Assembly (NCBI GenBank): GCA_964630305.1
Contig: CAZVTR010000005.1
Span: forward strand, 7,153 to 71,152
Direction: 5' to 3'
DNA length: 64,000 nt
Source: an uncultured Treponemataceae bacterium
Lineage (GTDB): Bacteria; Spirochaetota; Spirochaetia; Treponematales; UBA12059
Shown here: piece after piece, positions 38,300-47,602 of the stretch
Layout: each line of letters starts with the position of its first letter
How positions within the stretch are numbered: the stretch's first letter is position 1
Notes under the pieces: model-generated
The model's database searches: none
Told to the model about the DNA's origin: nothing
What the model saw: only the letters and a program-made list of their open reading frames with translations
Made by a program: the position numbers and the translations under genes

Positions 38300-39343
38300 A
38301 TGACTGGTACAACACGGAAAAATAGAAGCATTATTTTTTTATTACTCATTATAATTGCAGTATGTGTAACCATTGTAAGCTGCCAGCAGCGGCCGCTCGA
38401 GCGCACCGATTTTGTATTAGGGACAGTCTGTTCAATTAGGATTTTGCATGGCGGCAATCAGAAACTCCTCGATGATTGTTTTACGTATTTGCGCCAGTTA
38501 GATGATGCTGTCAGTGCAAACAAAGAAGATACCTATGTTGATAGAATCAATAAAAATGCAGGACGAGAGGCGGTAAAAGTGCCAGCTGAAGTGCTGGAGC
38601 TTATTGTTCAAGCGCTTACCTACGCAGAGCGTTCTCAGGGGGCGTTTGATCCTACCGTGGGACCGCTTGTCAAATTATGGGGAATTGGCACCGATGCCCA
38701 GCGAGTTCCTGTTTCGCAGGAACTCCAAGCCGCATGCGCGCTCGTAAATTGGCGGGATGTTGTTATAAACAAGGCAGAGAGTACCGTGTACTTAAAACGG
38801 AGCGGTATGCGGCTTGACCTTGGCGCGATCGCCAAGGGCTGGGCGTCAGAGAACCTGGCACGGATGCTCGATGGAGCACATGTTACAGCAATTATCGATC
38901 TTGGGGGGAATATCCAGCTTGTTGGACAGAAACCGAATAAAAAGCCATGGAAAGTAGGCGTGCAAAATCCTTTTGGAGAGCGTAATAACTCTATAACCAT
39001 ACTTACACTCGATAAACCAATGGCGGTTATTACAAGCGGCGTGTATGAACGGTATTTTATAGAAAACGATAAAAGTTATCATCATATTCTGGATGCAAAA
39101 ACTGGTTACCCTGTAGATAACGGACTCGTATCGGTAACTATTATCGCAGATTCCGGCACAAAGGCCGATGCGCTCTCCACCACACTGTTTGTGCTTGGTA
39201 TTGAGAAGGGTCTTGCACTAGCAGAGCAGGAAGGGGTAGAAGCTGTATTTATCGATACCGGGTACAAGGTGTACACAACACCTGGTGCCCGTGCGCTTAT
39301 TACTGACGGGCTTGACGAGGAGTTTTCTTTTGCAAATCAATAA
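38300..39343 (+). CDS. apbE: FAD:protein FMN transferase (ApbE family) lipoprotein
   Basis: Lipobox IVSC, GAFDPTVGPLVKLWG, LDLGAIAKGW, HHILDAKTGYP and ADALSTTLFVLG. Confidence 0.88.
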   Translation: MTGTTRKNRSIIFLLLIIIAVCVTIVSCQQRPLERTDFVLGTVCSIRILHGGNQKLLDDCFTYLRQLDDAVSANKEDTYVDRINKNAGREAVKVPAEVLELIVQALTYAERSQGAFDPTVGPLVKLWGIGTDAQRVPVSQELQAACALVNWRDVVINKAESTVYLKRSGMRLDLGAIAKGWASENLARMLDGAHVTAIIDLGGNIQLVGQKPNKKPWKVGVQNPFGERNNSITILTLDKPMAVITSGVYERYFIENDKSYHHILDAKTGYPVDNGLVSVTIIADSGTKADALSTTLFVLGIEKGLALAEQEGVEAVFIDTGYKVYTTPGARALITDGLDEEFSFANQ

Positions 39344-40211
39344 GCCTAAGACTTTTAAAGAATAGCGGGCTAGCAAACGATACCCAGAAACCTAAGAGAA
39401 AATATCTCAAGAACCTGAACAGTGAATATACCGATGATCCTTCTTTTGGAAAAACGGTTTTTAATCCGATATAGAGCCCGACGAGTGTGCCTAATCCAAG
39501 TAGTACTCGCAGCAGTTTTTGCGCGGGGGTGCCGTTTTTTGCATCATAAGCGAACTTTTCAGTTAAGGTAACATAACCAGTGCCTGTTCCAAAGAAAAGC
39601 GCGCTCAATGCAATCCCTTCCATAAAGAGCGCATTCATAATGAAGCTGGAAAGCGCAATGAGAATAATTTTAAGCCGTATATCCCAGCGTGCAATGGCTG
39701 GACCAAATTTTCGTTCTCCAAACAGCCAGATGAGCGTAATGAGTATGCCGAGCAGCCAGCCGCCAAACACATCGGTTGGGAAATGTACTCCGAGATAAAT
39801 CCGTGAGAAACCGACGAGGAGCACAAATACGCTGAGCAGGACCCATGTGCTCAATCGTTTAAGTTTACTTCCAGCATAGCCGGCCAGGGTGATTGTGCCT
39901 TGAGCGTGACCTGACGGGAGGCCATAGCTGGATTCCGTTGCAAGCTGGATAGAAGGATCGAGCTGGTATGGCCGCGGCTGAGCGAGTATGTTTTTTGCAA
40001 GCCCATTGGTATAGCTGGATACAAAAATCAGCATGGATAGTTTAAAACCTGCAGCACCGTCAACAATCCAATATACGATTGGGAGAATAATCAGATAAGC
40101 TTCTTCGGTTCCTAGAAAAGTAATGCCTTTCATAATTGCAGTAAGCAGGGGATTTGCTATTGTCTGGACTAATTTAACAACTTCCAGACCCCATGCAAGT
40201 ATTTGCTGCAT
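39300..40211 (-). CDS. PAP2-family phosphatase (membrane)
   Basis: KxxxxxxRP (KNILAQPRP), PSGHAQG and SRIYLGVHFPTDV, the three PAP2 motifs. Its 3' end overlaps the apbE 3' end by 44 nt. Confidence 0.85.
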   Translation of the reverse strand: MQQILAWGLEVVKLVQTIANPLLTAIMKGITFLGTEEAYLIILPIVYWIVDGAAGFKLSMLIFVSSYTNGLAKNILAQPRPYQLDPSIQLATESSYGLPSGHAQGTITLAGYAGSKLKRLSTWVLLSVFVLLVGFSRIYLGVHFPTDVFGGWLLGILITLIWLFGERKFGPAIARWDIRLKIILIALSSFIMNALFMEGIALSALFFGTGTGYVTLTEKFAYDAKNGTPAQKLLRVLLGLGTLVGLYIGLKTVFPKEGSSVYSLFRFLRYFLLGFWVSFASPLFFKSLRLIDLQKKTPRQARQ

Positions 40212-40322
40212 AGTATGCTCCTAAAACAGTGGTGATATGGTTGTTATTCAGTGTAATGCTAAAATGAAAACAGGTAAAGCGTCTCCTTGACAGCTCATTC
40301 TCGAGCTCATTAAGATAGTGCA

Positions 40323-41084
40323 GTGAAAAAATTATTTATAACAATCATTACTCTTGTTTGTTTTACGGTACTACTTGCGCCAGCAGATATAAGTACAAAA
40401 ATAGAGCAGGGTATTAAGGCTTTGCCGGAACCGTATCGGGGTCAGGTGTTGGTATCTATTCAAAAACAGTATAGTGATTTTTATAGGGAGCTTAGTGCTG
40501 TACTGGAAAACACCGATGGAGAATTGCTCGTGCTTGTTGATAAAACTCATGCGCTTCCTGCATCATATATACCGAAAGATCTTGTACTGCTTGAATCTGC
40601 GCGGGTTGTTCTCAATAAAAAATATATGCAAGCCAGACGCAGCGCAGCGCAAGCTCTATATACAATGGCGCAGGCTGCGCGAGCTGAAGGGATACCGATT
40701 TCGGTATCATCTGCGTATCGGTCTTACACATATCAAGAAAACCTGTTTGCACGGTATGTAAAAGAAATGGGCGAAGAAGCAGCATCGCGAGTTTCTGCTC
40801 GGCCGGGACATTCGCAGCATCAGCTTGGGACAGCATTTGATTTTGGCTCAGTGACCAATGAGTTTGCGGTAACGAGAACGGGCAAATGGCTTATGCAGCA
40901 CGCACGGGAGTATGGCTTTTCGCTTTCGTATCCAGAAGGACTTGAAGAGCTCACCGGGTATTCCTGGGAAAGCTGGCACTATCGGTATGTTGGTGTGGCT
41001 GCTGCTCAGTTTGAGCAAAAGTATTTTTTGGGAATTCAGCAGCTCATGCTAGTGTTTTTGCACGCTTACGGTGGAACAAGCTGA
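40323..41084 (+). CDS. D-alanyl-D-alanine carboxypeptidase family (peptidase M15B/VanY-like)
   Basis: SAYRSYTYQ, ARPGHSQHQLGTAFDF and ESWHYRYVG (Zn ligands H-x6-D ... H). GTG start and a signal-anchor N-terminus. Confidence 0.85.
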   Translation: MKKLFITIITLVCFTVLLAPADISTKIEQGIKALPEPYRGQVLVSIQKQYSDFYRELSAVLENTDGELLVLVDKTHALPASYIPKDLVLLESARVVLNKKYMQARRSAAQALYTMAQAARAEGIPISVSSAYRSYTYQENLFARYVKEMGEEAASRVSARPGHSQHQLGTAFDFGSVTNEFAVTRTGKWLMQHAREYGFSLSYPEGLEELTGYSWESWHYRYVGVAAAQFEQKYFLGIQQLMLVFLHAYGGTS

Positions 41085-41103
41085 CTAAACTTACTTACCT
41101 TAC

Positions 41104-42621
41104 TTATCGATGCCGCTCTTTTTGCGCTGCAAGTTCCTGCGCAAAAGCGTTTTTAAATTGTTCAGAAACACGAGCAAACTGTTTTTCGCTTAGGAATCCA
41201 AAATCCTGGAGCACTGCCGGGCTTATTTGTTCGTAATTCATGTTGCCGCTTTCGAATTCGCAGAGCACATTTGCAAGGTAGACGGTAAAGACAATGTCTT
41301 TATAGTCTGTTGTCATGAGCTCTGGTTCATGATGGTAGCGGATGGCAGCAACGAGGGTGTCCGGGAAGTTCCATTTTTCTGCGACACGGGCTCCTATTTC
41401 CGGATGGCTCATGCCGCCCGCAACATCCTCGAATAGTTTTGTATCGATATTCTTTGATACGCAAAAGCTCTTTATGTGTTCAAGGAGATCCGGATGAACT
41501 GCAGAGAACAATATTTTCCCCATATCGTGCAGCATGCCTCCGACGTATGCGTCGTCATGGAGCGCTCTGTTTCCAGGCTTAAAGTTCTTAGCGAGATTAT
41601 ATGAATAATATGCACAGCGATAGCTGTGATCCCAGAGCGCTTTTTGATCGACATTGCGTTCCTGTGCAAGGATCTTTTGCGTTCCATAGGAGTAGAGCAG
41701 GTTACGGATACCGCGAAGTCCAACAAGCTTTACAGCATCGATAATGTTATCAACCTTTTTGGGAAGCATGAACTGAGCAGAGTTTACCAGTTTGAGTAAA
41801 TCTGCTGTCATTGCAGGGTCTGTTGCAATGTGCCGTGCGATATCAACCATTTCTGATTTTGGGTCGTTGATGAGGCGCTGAATAGCGATAATATTTTCCG
41901 GAAACTGCGGAAGCCGGGTGATTTTGCTCACAATTTCATTGGTGAGCATGGAGAGTGTTTCAACTTTTGTAGCGTTAACGGGTATATTGAGCCGTGCGAT
42001 GGTTTCCCCATTCTCGACTTTGATTTCAAAACAGTCTTCTTCCAGCCCAATTTTCTTGAGCATGAGAACCAGGATAACGAGCCCAAGCCCTGCGCCTTCA
42101 GAAGAATCAAGCACTTTTGCCATTGCTTCTTCAAAACTTGTATATTTTCTGCTCCGTGCAATTTTATCCTGTACACGCATGAACTCGGTTTTGGTCATTT
42201 CTGCATTGTTATGAACTTCTACAATAATATTTGTACCGCGTGCAAGAAAAATTATTTTTATGTAATACTGTTTTTCTTTTTGCTTTTGCAGGTAAAAGTT
42301 GATGTTTTCAAGCGTATCAGCCTTAAAGTTTCTCATGCCTTCTTCGTATTCTACGGGGTCGTTAATATTGAGTCCTTGGAGATCAAAATAAACCCGTTTG
42401 GTATTAGCTTTTTTTGCATTAACGGCTAATTCTCGGAGGCAGTAGGATACATAATCTTTGATTTTTGTCTGGCCAAGTTCATTGAGGAATATATCGATTA
42501 CCTGCTCCATATACACTTCTACTTCATGAGGGAGTGTGTATGTGGTAATGGTTAGCGGGATAGAAGAATGCACCGCTTTTCGAATTTTTGCAACATCGAC
42601 AACAAGTTCAGGTGCGCTCAT
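41104..42621 (-). CDS. HDOD-domain signalling protein with N-terminal GHKL (HATPase_c/anti-sigma-kinase-like) domain
   Basis: N-terminal LRELAVNAKKAN (N-box) ... SSEGAGLGLVILVLMLKKIG (G2 box). C-terminal FPENIIAIQRLINDP..., LLKLVNSAQF, and HD-like GGMLHDMGKILF. Confidence 0.75.
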   Translation of the reverse strand: MSAPELVVDVAKIRKAVHSSIPLTITTYTLPHEVEVYMEQVIDIFLNELGQTKIKDYVSYCLRELAVNAKKANTKRVYFDLQGLNINDPVEYEEGMRNFKADTLENINFYLQKQKEKQYYIKIIFLARGTNIIVEVHNNAEMTKTEFMRVQDKIARSRKYTSFEEAMAKVLDSSEGAGLGLVILVLMLKKIGLEEDCFEIKVENGETIARLNIPVNATKVETLSMLTNEIVSKITRLPQFPENIIAIQRLINDPKSEMVDIARHIATDPAMTADLLKLVNSAQFMLPKKVDNIIDAVKLVGLRGIRNLLYSYGTQKILAQERNVDQKALWDHSYRCAYYSYNLAKNFKPGNRALHDDAYVGGMLHDMGKILFSAVHPDLLEHIKSFCVSKNIDTKLFEDVAGGMSHPEIGARVAEKWNFPDTLVAAIRYHHEPELMTTDYKDIVFTVYLANVLCEFESGNMNYEQISPAVLQDFGFLSEKQFARVSEQFKNAFAQELAAQKERHR

Positions 42622-42683
42622 GATTGCTCCATACTTTTATAAAATTACTTATTTTATAATAATAATTGGAGATGCTGATATTT

Positions 42684-43481
42684 TCAAGTTTTTTCGTGCG
42701 AATCTGGCTGCTTTTTTTTGTAAATTTGAGCAGTCGCTTGTTCAAAAAAATCGAAAAGGCGCTGCAGTTCTTTTTGTGAACAGTAAGCTCGTGAAAAAAC
42801 TGATCGCATCAGTATTTTAATGTCTTCTTTTTTTTGTTTTTTATATACAGAAAATGGCTCAAACCTGGTGAGCAAGGTATCAATGTGGGTTTCAAGCTCC
42901 TCTCGGGTAACGGCTGCAGCATGGTTTGGGATTGATGCGACTGGAATAGAAGTGATTTGCTCTGAATTGATCAGAACCTGACGCCTGCATTCCCAGAGAG
43001 CAAGCTGGACAGCCTGCGCAAGATTAAGGCTTGGCTGACCTTCTGCCGTGGGAATGAAAATACTTTCATCGCAGCAGGCAAGCTCTTCTCCGGTAAGCCC
43101 GTGCTGTTCGTTCCCAAAAATCAAAGCAAAGCGGGCTTGCTCGCTAATTTGTGTTTTTGCCCAATCGATAATATTCCGTGAAGTCTGTCTATGTGAGCCT
43201 ATGCGGCGGGAAAAGCCAGCTGAATATGCATAAGATGCGAGAGCATCATGCAAACTGTTAAAACGGAGCGCTTGCTCATAAATCCAAAAGGATTTGAGCG
43301 CATACATTTTTACGGTATTGAAATCATAGTCCGGGCATTGAACGAGTATTAAACGAGAAAACCCCATGCTCTCCATTGCTCTGCATACTGCTCCGACATT
43401 CCCTCCCTGTTCGGCACGGCAGAGCACGACTGCGGCTTCATCAAACTGCGGATTGCCTGTAGCAGTAAGAGGTGTTTGCAT
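42684..43481 (-). CDS. SpoU/TrmH-family RNA 2'-O-methyltransferase (TrmJ-like) with C-terminal extension
   Basis: GNVGAVCRAMESMGF, LIFGNEQHGLT and IPTAEGQPSLNLAQAV (SPOUT knot motifs). Confidence 0.82.
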   Translation of the reverse strand: MQTPLTATGNPQFDEAAVVLCRAEQGGNVGAVCRAMESMGFSRLILVQCPDYDFNTVKMYALKSFWIYEQALRFNSLHDALASYAYSAGFSRRIGSHRQTSRNIIDWAKTQISEQARFALIFGNEQHGLTGEELACCDESIFIPTAEGQPSLNLAQAVQLALWECRRQVLINSEQITSIPVASIPNHAAAVTREELETHIDTLLTRFEPFSVYKKQKKEDIKILMRSVFSRAYCSQKELQRLFDFFEQATAQIYKKKQPDSHEKT

Positions 43482-43510
43482 AGCATCATCATAATGAATA
43501 TAGTGAGAGC

Positions 43511-44407
43511 ATGCAAGAAAACAACAATGATACAGTAAATCAGTCTAGTGAATGCAAACGCAGGGCGGTAATCATGGGCGCAAGCGGCGGAATTGGAAAA
43601 GCTATCTCTCGCGAGCTTGCACTGAGAAATGCCGAGCTCACACTGATTGGAAGAAATCAGCATAAGCTTGATACCTTTGCTCAAGAACTGCGGACATGCA
43701 GTGAGCGGAGTGAAAAACGTCAAACTGAGAACGCTGAGATGGAGATGGGCAGGAGGCAGATTGATGGAGAGATTGACGGTGGACAGGTATCAGTAAAGAC
43801 TATTGCAAAGGAATTAGTCCCCGATGATGCTGACTTGCGCTCATTTTTTGTACAAACGCTCGATTCAGAACTCCGTCAGGCTGATATGTACTTCCATGTT
43901 TTGGGTCCGTTTTTACAAAAGCCAATTTCAGCATCCACAATCGAGGACTGGAACGAGATGCTGTTTTATAATCTGAAGCTGCCGGCACTCTGCGCCGGTC
44001 ATGCAGCCCGTTCTATGGCAGAACGCTGGGAATCACATCAGTGCGTGAAACAGCGGCAACCTGGTGTCATCGTGCTCTTTGGCGGAACTAAAACCGATAC
44101 TGTCCATGCGTATAAAACCAACGCAGTCTATGCCAGCGCAAAAACAGGGCTTGCGGTTTTTGCAAAATCGCTTGCGCGCGAATATGCAGGGAAGGGTGTG
44201 GCTGTGATTATGGTCTGTCCCGGAATTGTAGAAACTGAGTACATGACGGAAGAGAAAAAACTTGCATGGAAAAAACATGTGCCGCAGGGAATGCTTACAC
44301 AGCCAGAACAGTTTGCTCGTGCTGTCTGTGATATTGTGCTTTCTCCTTCGGTTTTGCTCTTTTCCGGCAGTGTTATAACGCTCGATGAAGGATTGTTGTT
44401 CTCATAG
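43511..44407 (+). CDS. SDR-family oxidoreductase (with internal charged insertion)
   Basis: AVIMGASGGIGKAI (TGxxxGxG-type), YASAKTGL (YxxxK) and VMVCPGIVETE. Confidence 0.8.
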   Translation: MQENNNDTVNQSSECKRRAVIMGASGGIGKAISRELALRNAELTLIGRNQHKLDTFAQELRTCSERSEKRQTENAEMEMGRRQIDGEIDGGQVSVKTIAKELVPDDADLRSFFVQTLDSELRQADMYFHVLGPFLQKPISASTIEDWNEMLFYNLKLPALCAGHAARSMAERWESHQCVKQRQPGVIVLFGGTKTDTVHAYKTNAVYASAKTGLAVFAKSLAREYAGKGVAVIMVCPGIVETEYMTEEKKLAWKKHVPQGMLTQPEQFARAVCDIVLSPSVLLFSGSVITLDEGLLFS

Positions 44408-44477
44408 CATTTAATGGAATTTAACATGCAAGCAAAGAGAATTGACACAAAAGGCTTTGCATGCTCAAATAGTAAGC

Positions 44478-45962
44478 ATGAATAAACTAGAACCCAAAGC
44501 AGAGCTCTTTCAAAAGAAAGCTCTTGTTCCGTTTGTAGGTACTTTTATGGTACTGGCTCTCGTGCTGACATTCACACTGGTTGCAGTTCCTCCAGTGAGT
44601 GCTCAGGATCAGAATGTTCAGGAGTATCTTTCGTTACTGCAAAGTGTCTATTTGTATGTGCTCCAGAACTATGTTGATGAAGTTGATCCCCAGGTGCTCT
44701 ATGAAGGTGCGATGAAGGGTCTTTTTGAAGCTCTGAATGATCCCTATTCGGTGTTCCTCGATGAACAGATGATGAATGATTTGAATGACACGACATCAGG
44801 GAAATTCGGCGGCATTGGTTTATATATTTCTAAACCGCTTCCGGCAAATCTTCCGGCTGGGAAAAAAGCATGGGTGGAAGTGGTATCGCCCATTGAGGAT
44901 ACTCCCGGGTGGAAAGCAGGTATTCAGCCTGGTGATTATATTACCCATATCGATGGTGAGTCTACAGAAGAAATGACCATGGAACAGGTCTTAAATAAAT
45001 TACGCGGTGAACCCAATACAAAAGTTACAATAACAATTCAGCGCGGAGCAAATATCCGTTTCAACGAAACAATTACGAGAGCAATCATCGAAATACCCAC
45101 AGTAAAAAAAGCCATGGTCGAAAAAACCATCGGCTATCTGCGTATTATCGAGTTTACTCCGCAAACTGCGCAGCGGGTAAAAGAAGCGCTTGATTGGCTC
45201 AGGCAGAATGGAGCCACCTCATTAATACTCGATCTTCGCAATAACCCGGGCGGTCTGCTTTCTTCTGTTGTCCAAGTTGCCGATATGTTTATCGATAATG
45301 GTGTTATTGTTTCCACTAAGTCTCGCAATAAATATGATAACAATGTCTACAAAGCAAAGAGCTCCATAGCAGTAAGTAAGGATATGCCGATAGTAGTGCT
45401 CATCAATAAAGGTTCTGCAAGTGCAGCAGAAATTCTTGCTGGTGCGCTCAAAGATAATAAACGTGCTTACCTTGTTGGGGAAACTACATATGGTAAAGGT
45501 TCTGTGCAGCAGGTTATTGCTCCGGTTGGCAAGACTGGTTTTAAACTAACCATGTCCCGCTACTACACACCAAGTGATGCAAATATTGATAAGCTGGGTA
45601 TAATACCGGATCTCCTCATAAAAGAACCGGAACTCACAGAGCAGGAAGAAAAAGATCTTACCAAGCTGATAGAGCAGAATGCATTTGGAAGTTTTGCAGA
45701 AAAAAATCCTGATGCGTCTGAAAAAGAAATAAACGCATTTGTTCAAGGGCTTAAGAGCAGCGGCATAACCGTCTCTGAACGAGTGCTCCGAAAGATGGTA
45801 CAGAACGAGCTTAATAGAACAAAACTGAGTCCCGTGTTTGATCTTGAATATGACTTACAGCTCCAGGAAGCGTTAAAAGTACTCAAGAGCGGGCAATATT
45901 CCATGCTGGTAAATCAGTCGCTCACAGTGCTTGAACTTCAGCAAAGGTCGCAGACTAAGTAG
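44478..45962 (+). CDS. S41-family C-terminal processing peptidase
   Basis: PDZ region (GGIGLYIS...GDYITHIDG), then LILDLRNNPGGLL and VVLINKGSASAAEILAGALKD (Ser/Lys dyad context). The start is uncertain (ATG 44478 versus TTG 44442). Confidence 0.85.
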   Translation: MNKLEPKAELFQKKALVPFVGTFMVLALVLTFTLVAVPPVSAQDQNVQEYLSLLQSVYLYVLQNYVDEVDPQVLYEGAMKGLFEALNDPYSVFLDEQMMNDLNDTTSGKFGGIGLYISKPLPANLPAGKKAWVEVVSPIEDTPGWKAGIQPGDYITHIDGESTEEMTMEQVLNKLRGEPNTKVTITIQRGANIRFNETITRAIIEIPTVKKAMVEKTIGYLRIIEFTPQTAQRVKEALDWLRQNGATSLILDLRNNPGGLLSSVVQVADMFIDNGVIVSTKSRNKYDNNVYKAKSSIAVSKDMPIVVLINKGSASAAEILAGALKDNKRAYLVGETTYGKGSVQQVIAPVGKTGFKLTMSRYYTPSDANIDKLGIIPDLLIKEPELTEQEEKDLTKLIEQNAFGSFAEKNPDASEKEINAFVQGLKSSGITVSERVLRKMVQNELNRTKLSPVFDLEYDLQLQEALKVLKSGQYSMLVNQSLTVLELQQRSQTK

Positions 45963-45965
45963 CAC

Positions 45966-46832
45966 ATGCGCCGATTGATACTTCCTGAGCAATACGATGG
46001 TTCAGGGCATGTGCTGCTCTCCGGGAAGGAAGCCAAAAGGTTAATAAAAGTTTTAAGGCTTGTGCCGGGTGATACCCTCCCCGCACTCGATGTGCAGGGA
46101 AGACAGTATGTCTGTACAATAGAGAAAGTTGATGATGGGACGGTAGCGCTCAGTATAGAGCAATGCGGATCCAGTGCCGATGAGCGCAGCCAGCACTACA
46201 GCGATATCAGGCGTAACAAGCACGGTCTGAAGAAAACAGACAGTACTAGTACAGAAAATAGTGCTTCAGAGACTGCTGATGCCCAGCAAGCATCTACTAG
46301 CAGTAATAGTCCTGAACTCGTACTTGCGGTAGGGATTCTCAAGGGGCAAAAACTGGATGATGTTGTAAGAGCTGGAACAGAGCTGGGTTTTAGCACAATT
46401 CAGCTCCTCGAGACTGAACGGAGTGTCGCGCGGGAAACAAGCTCTGGAAAAATGATACGATATGAGCGGATAGTAAAAGAAGCGCTGGGACAATCCGGTT
46501 CTGCGGTAGTTACAAAAGTATGCCCTCCCTGTTCCATTCAGCAGTTTCTAGCGCATCCGTTAGAGGAGTCGGTTTGCGGTTTAGTTTTTCATGAAAAACT
46601 AACAGTGACAAGTACTATACACGGTGCAATAAAAGATAGTTATAAAAAGTTTATACTATGTGTTGGTCCCGAAGGCGGATTTTCTGACTCGGAATTAGCG
46701 CAATTTTTACGACAAGGCTATGTGCCGGCATGGCTTGGGCCAACAATTTTGCGAGCGGATACAGCAGCCATAGCAGTTATGGCTATAACCAAATTATTAC
46801 TTGTGGAGCGTGAATCATGGCAGGCAAAATAG
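45966..46832 (+). CDS. rsmE: 16S rRNA (uracil1498-N3)-methyltransferase RsmE (with ~45-aa low-complexity insertion)
   Basis: Ends with the SPOUT knot CVGPEGGFSDSEL...LGPTILRADTAAI. The N-terminal PUA-like domain is followed by an S/T/A/Q/E-rich insert. Confidence 0.82.
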   Translation: MRRLILPEQYDGSGHVLLSGKEAKRLIKVLRLVPGDTLPALDVQGRQYVCTIEKVDDGTVALSIEQCGSSADERSQHYSDIRRNKHGLKKTDSTSTENSASETADAQQASTSSNSPELVLAVGILKGQKLDDVVRAGTELGFSTIQLLETERSVARETSSGKMIRYERIVKEALGQSGSAVVTKVCPPCSIQQFLAHPLEESVCGLVFHEKLTVTSTIHGAIKDSYKKFILCVGPEGGFSDSELAQFLRQGYVPAWLGPTILRADTAAIAVMAITKLLLVERESWQAK

Positions 46833-47569
46833 AAAACATTCAGCGGATTACCATACTCAATGTGCCTGTTGATATATTGCCGGAAGAAAAACTCGAAGAA
46901 GCAATAAAACAATTATACGCTGACGGGAAAAATCATCAAATAATTTTGCTCTCAACATTTGATTTGCTTAAAGCGCGGCGCAGCGGCGAATTTAGAACAA
47001 TGGTTCAGACAGCAAGTTTGGTTATACCTATTTCAAAATCAATTATAAAAGCAGCGGCCTTTTTAAAACGTCCGCTTCCGGTACGGTATGAACCTTTCGA
47101 CTTTATTATTAGAGTTCTTGCGATATTGGAGCACTACGGAAAATCATTGTATATTTTTGGCGGTACACGGCATCTTGTCAATCGGGCTGTAGAAAACTTG
47201 CGGAAAACATTTCTGCAGCTTAAAATTGTTGGAAAACATGAGGGACATTTTCCAAAACAGTATCACGCAAACATAATCCAGGCAATCCGCAAAGCGACGC
47301 CTACGTTGCTGCTTACCGGAAAGGGAATACCCTGGGGTGAGCGGTGGATTTACAGAACAATGAATCATTTTGCTTCCGGTATGTACCTCTGGGGGTCAGA
47401 TGTGCTTGAAGTATTTGCAAAAAAGCGAGAGCGGCCGAACCGTGCGATGTTTGATAAGGGAAATGAATGGATGTACTATGTTGTTCGGAAGCCATGGAAA
47501 CTTTTTAGAATCTTTCCATTTATCTGGTTTAAAATGCTGGTGCTGTTGTACCGAATGACGGGCAAATAG
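46817..47569 (+). CDS. WecB/TagA/CpsF-family glycosyltransferase
   Basis: ILNVPVD..., a size of ~250 aa, and LYIFGG...VGKHEG.F...II..I....P.LLLTGKGIPWGE.W, typical of the TagA/WecG family. It overlaps rsmE by 16 nt. Confidence 0.78.
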   Translation: MAGKIENIQRITILNVPVDILPEEKLEEAIKQLYADGKNHQIILLSTFDLLKARRSGEFRTMVQTASLVIPISKSIIKAAAFLKRPLPVRYEPFDFIIRVLAILEHYGKSLYIFGGTRHLVNRAVENLRKTFLQLKIVGKHEGHFPKQYHANIIQAIRKATPTLLLTGKGIPWGERWIYRTMNHFASGMYLWGSDVLEVFAKKRERPNRAMFDKGNEWMYYVVRKPWKLFRIFPFIWFKMLVLLYRMTGK

Positions 47570-47602
47570 AGAATATTTTATAACAATAAGGGAGTTGAAA
47601 GT

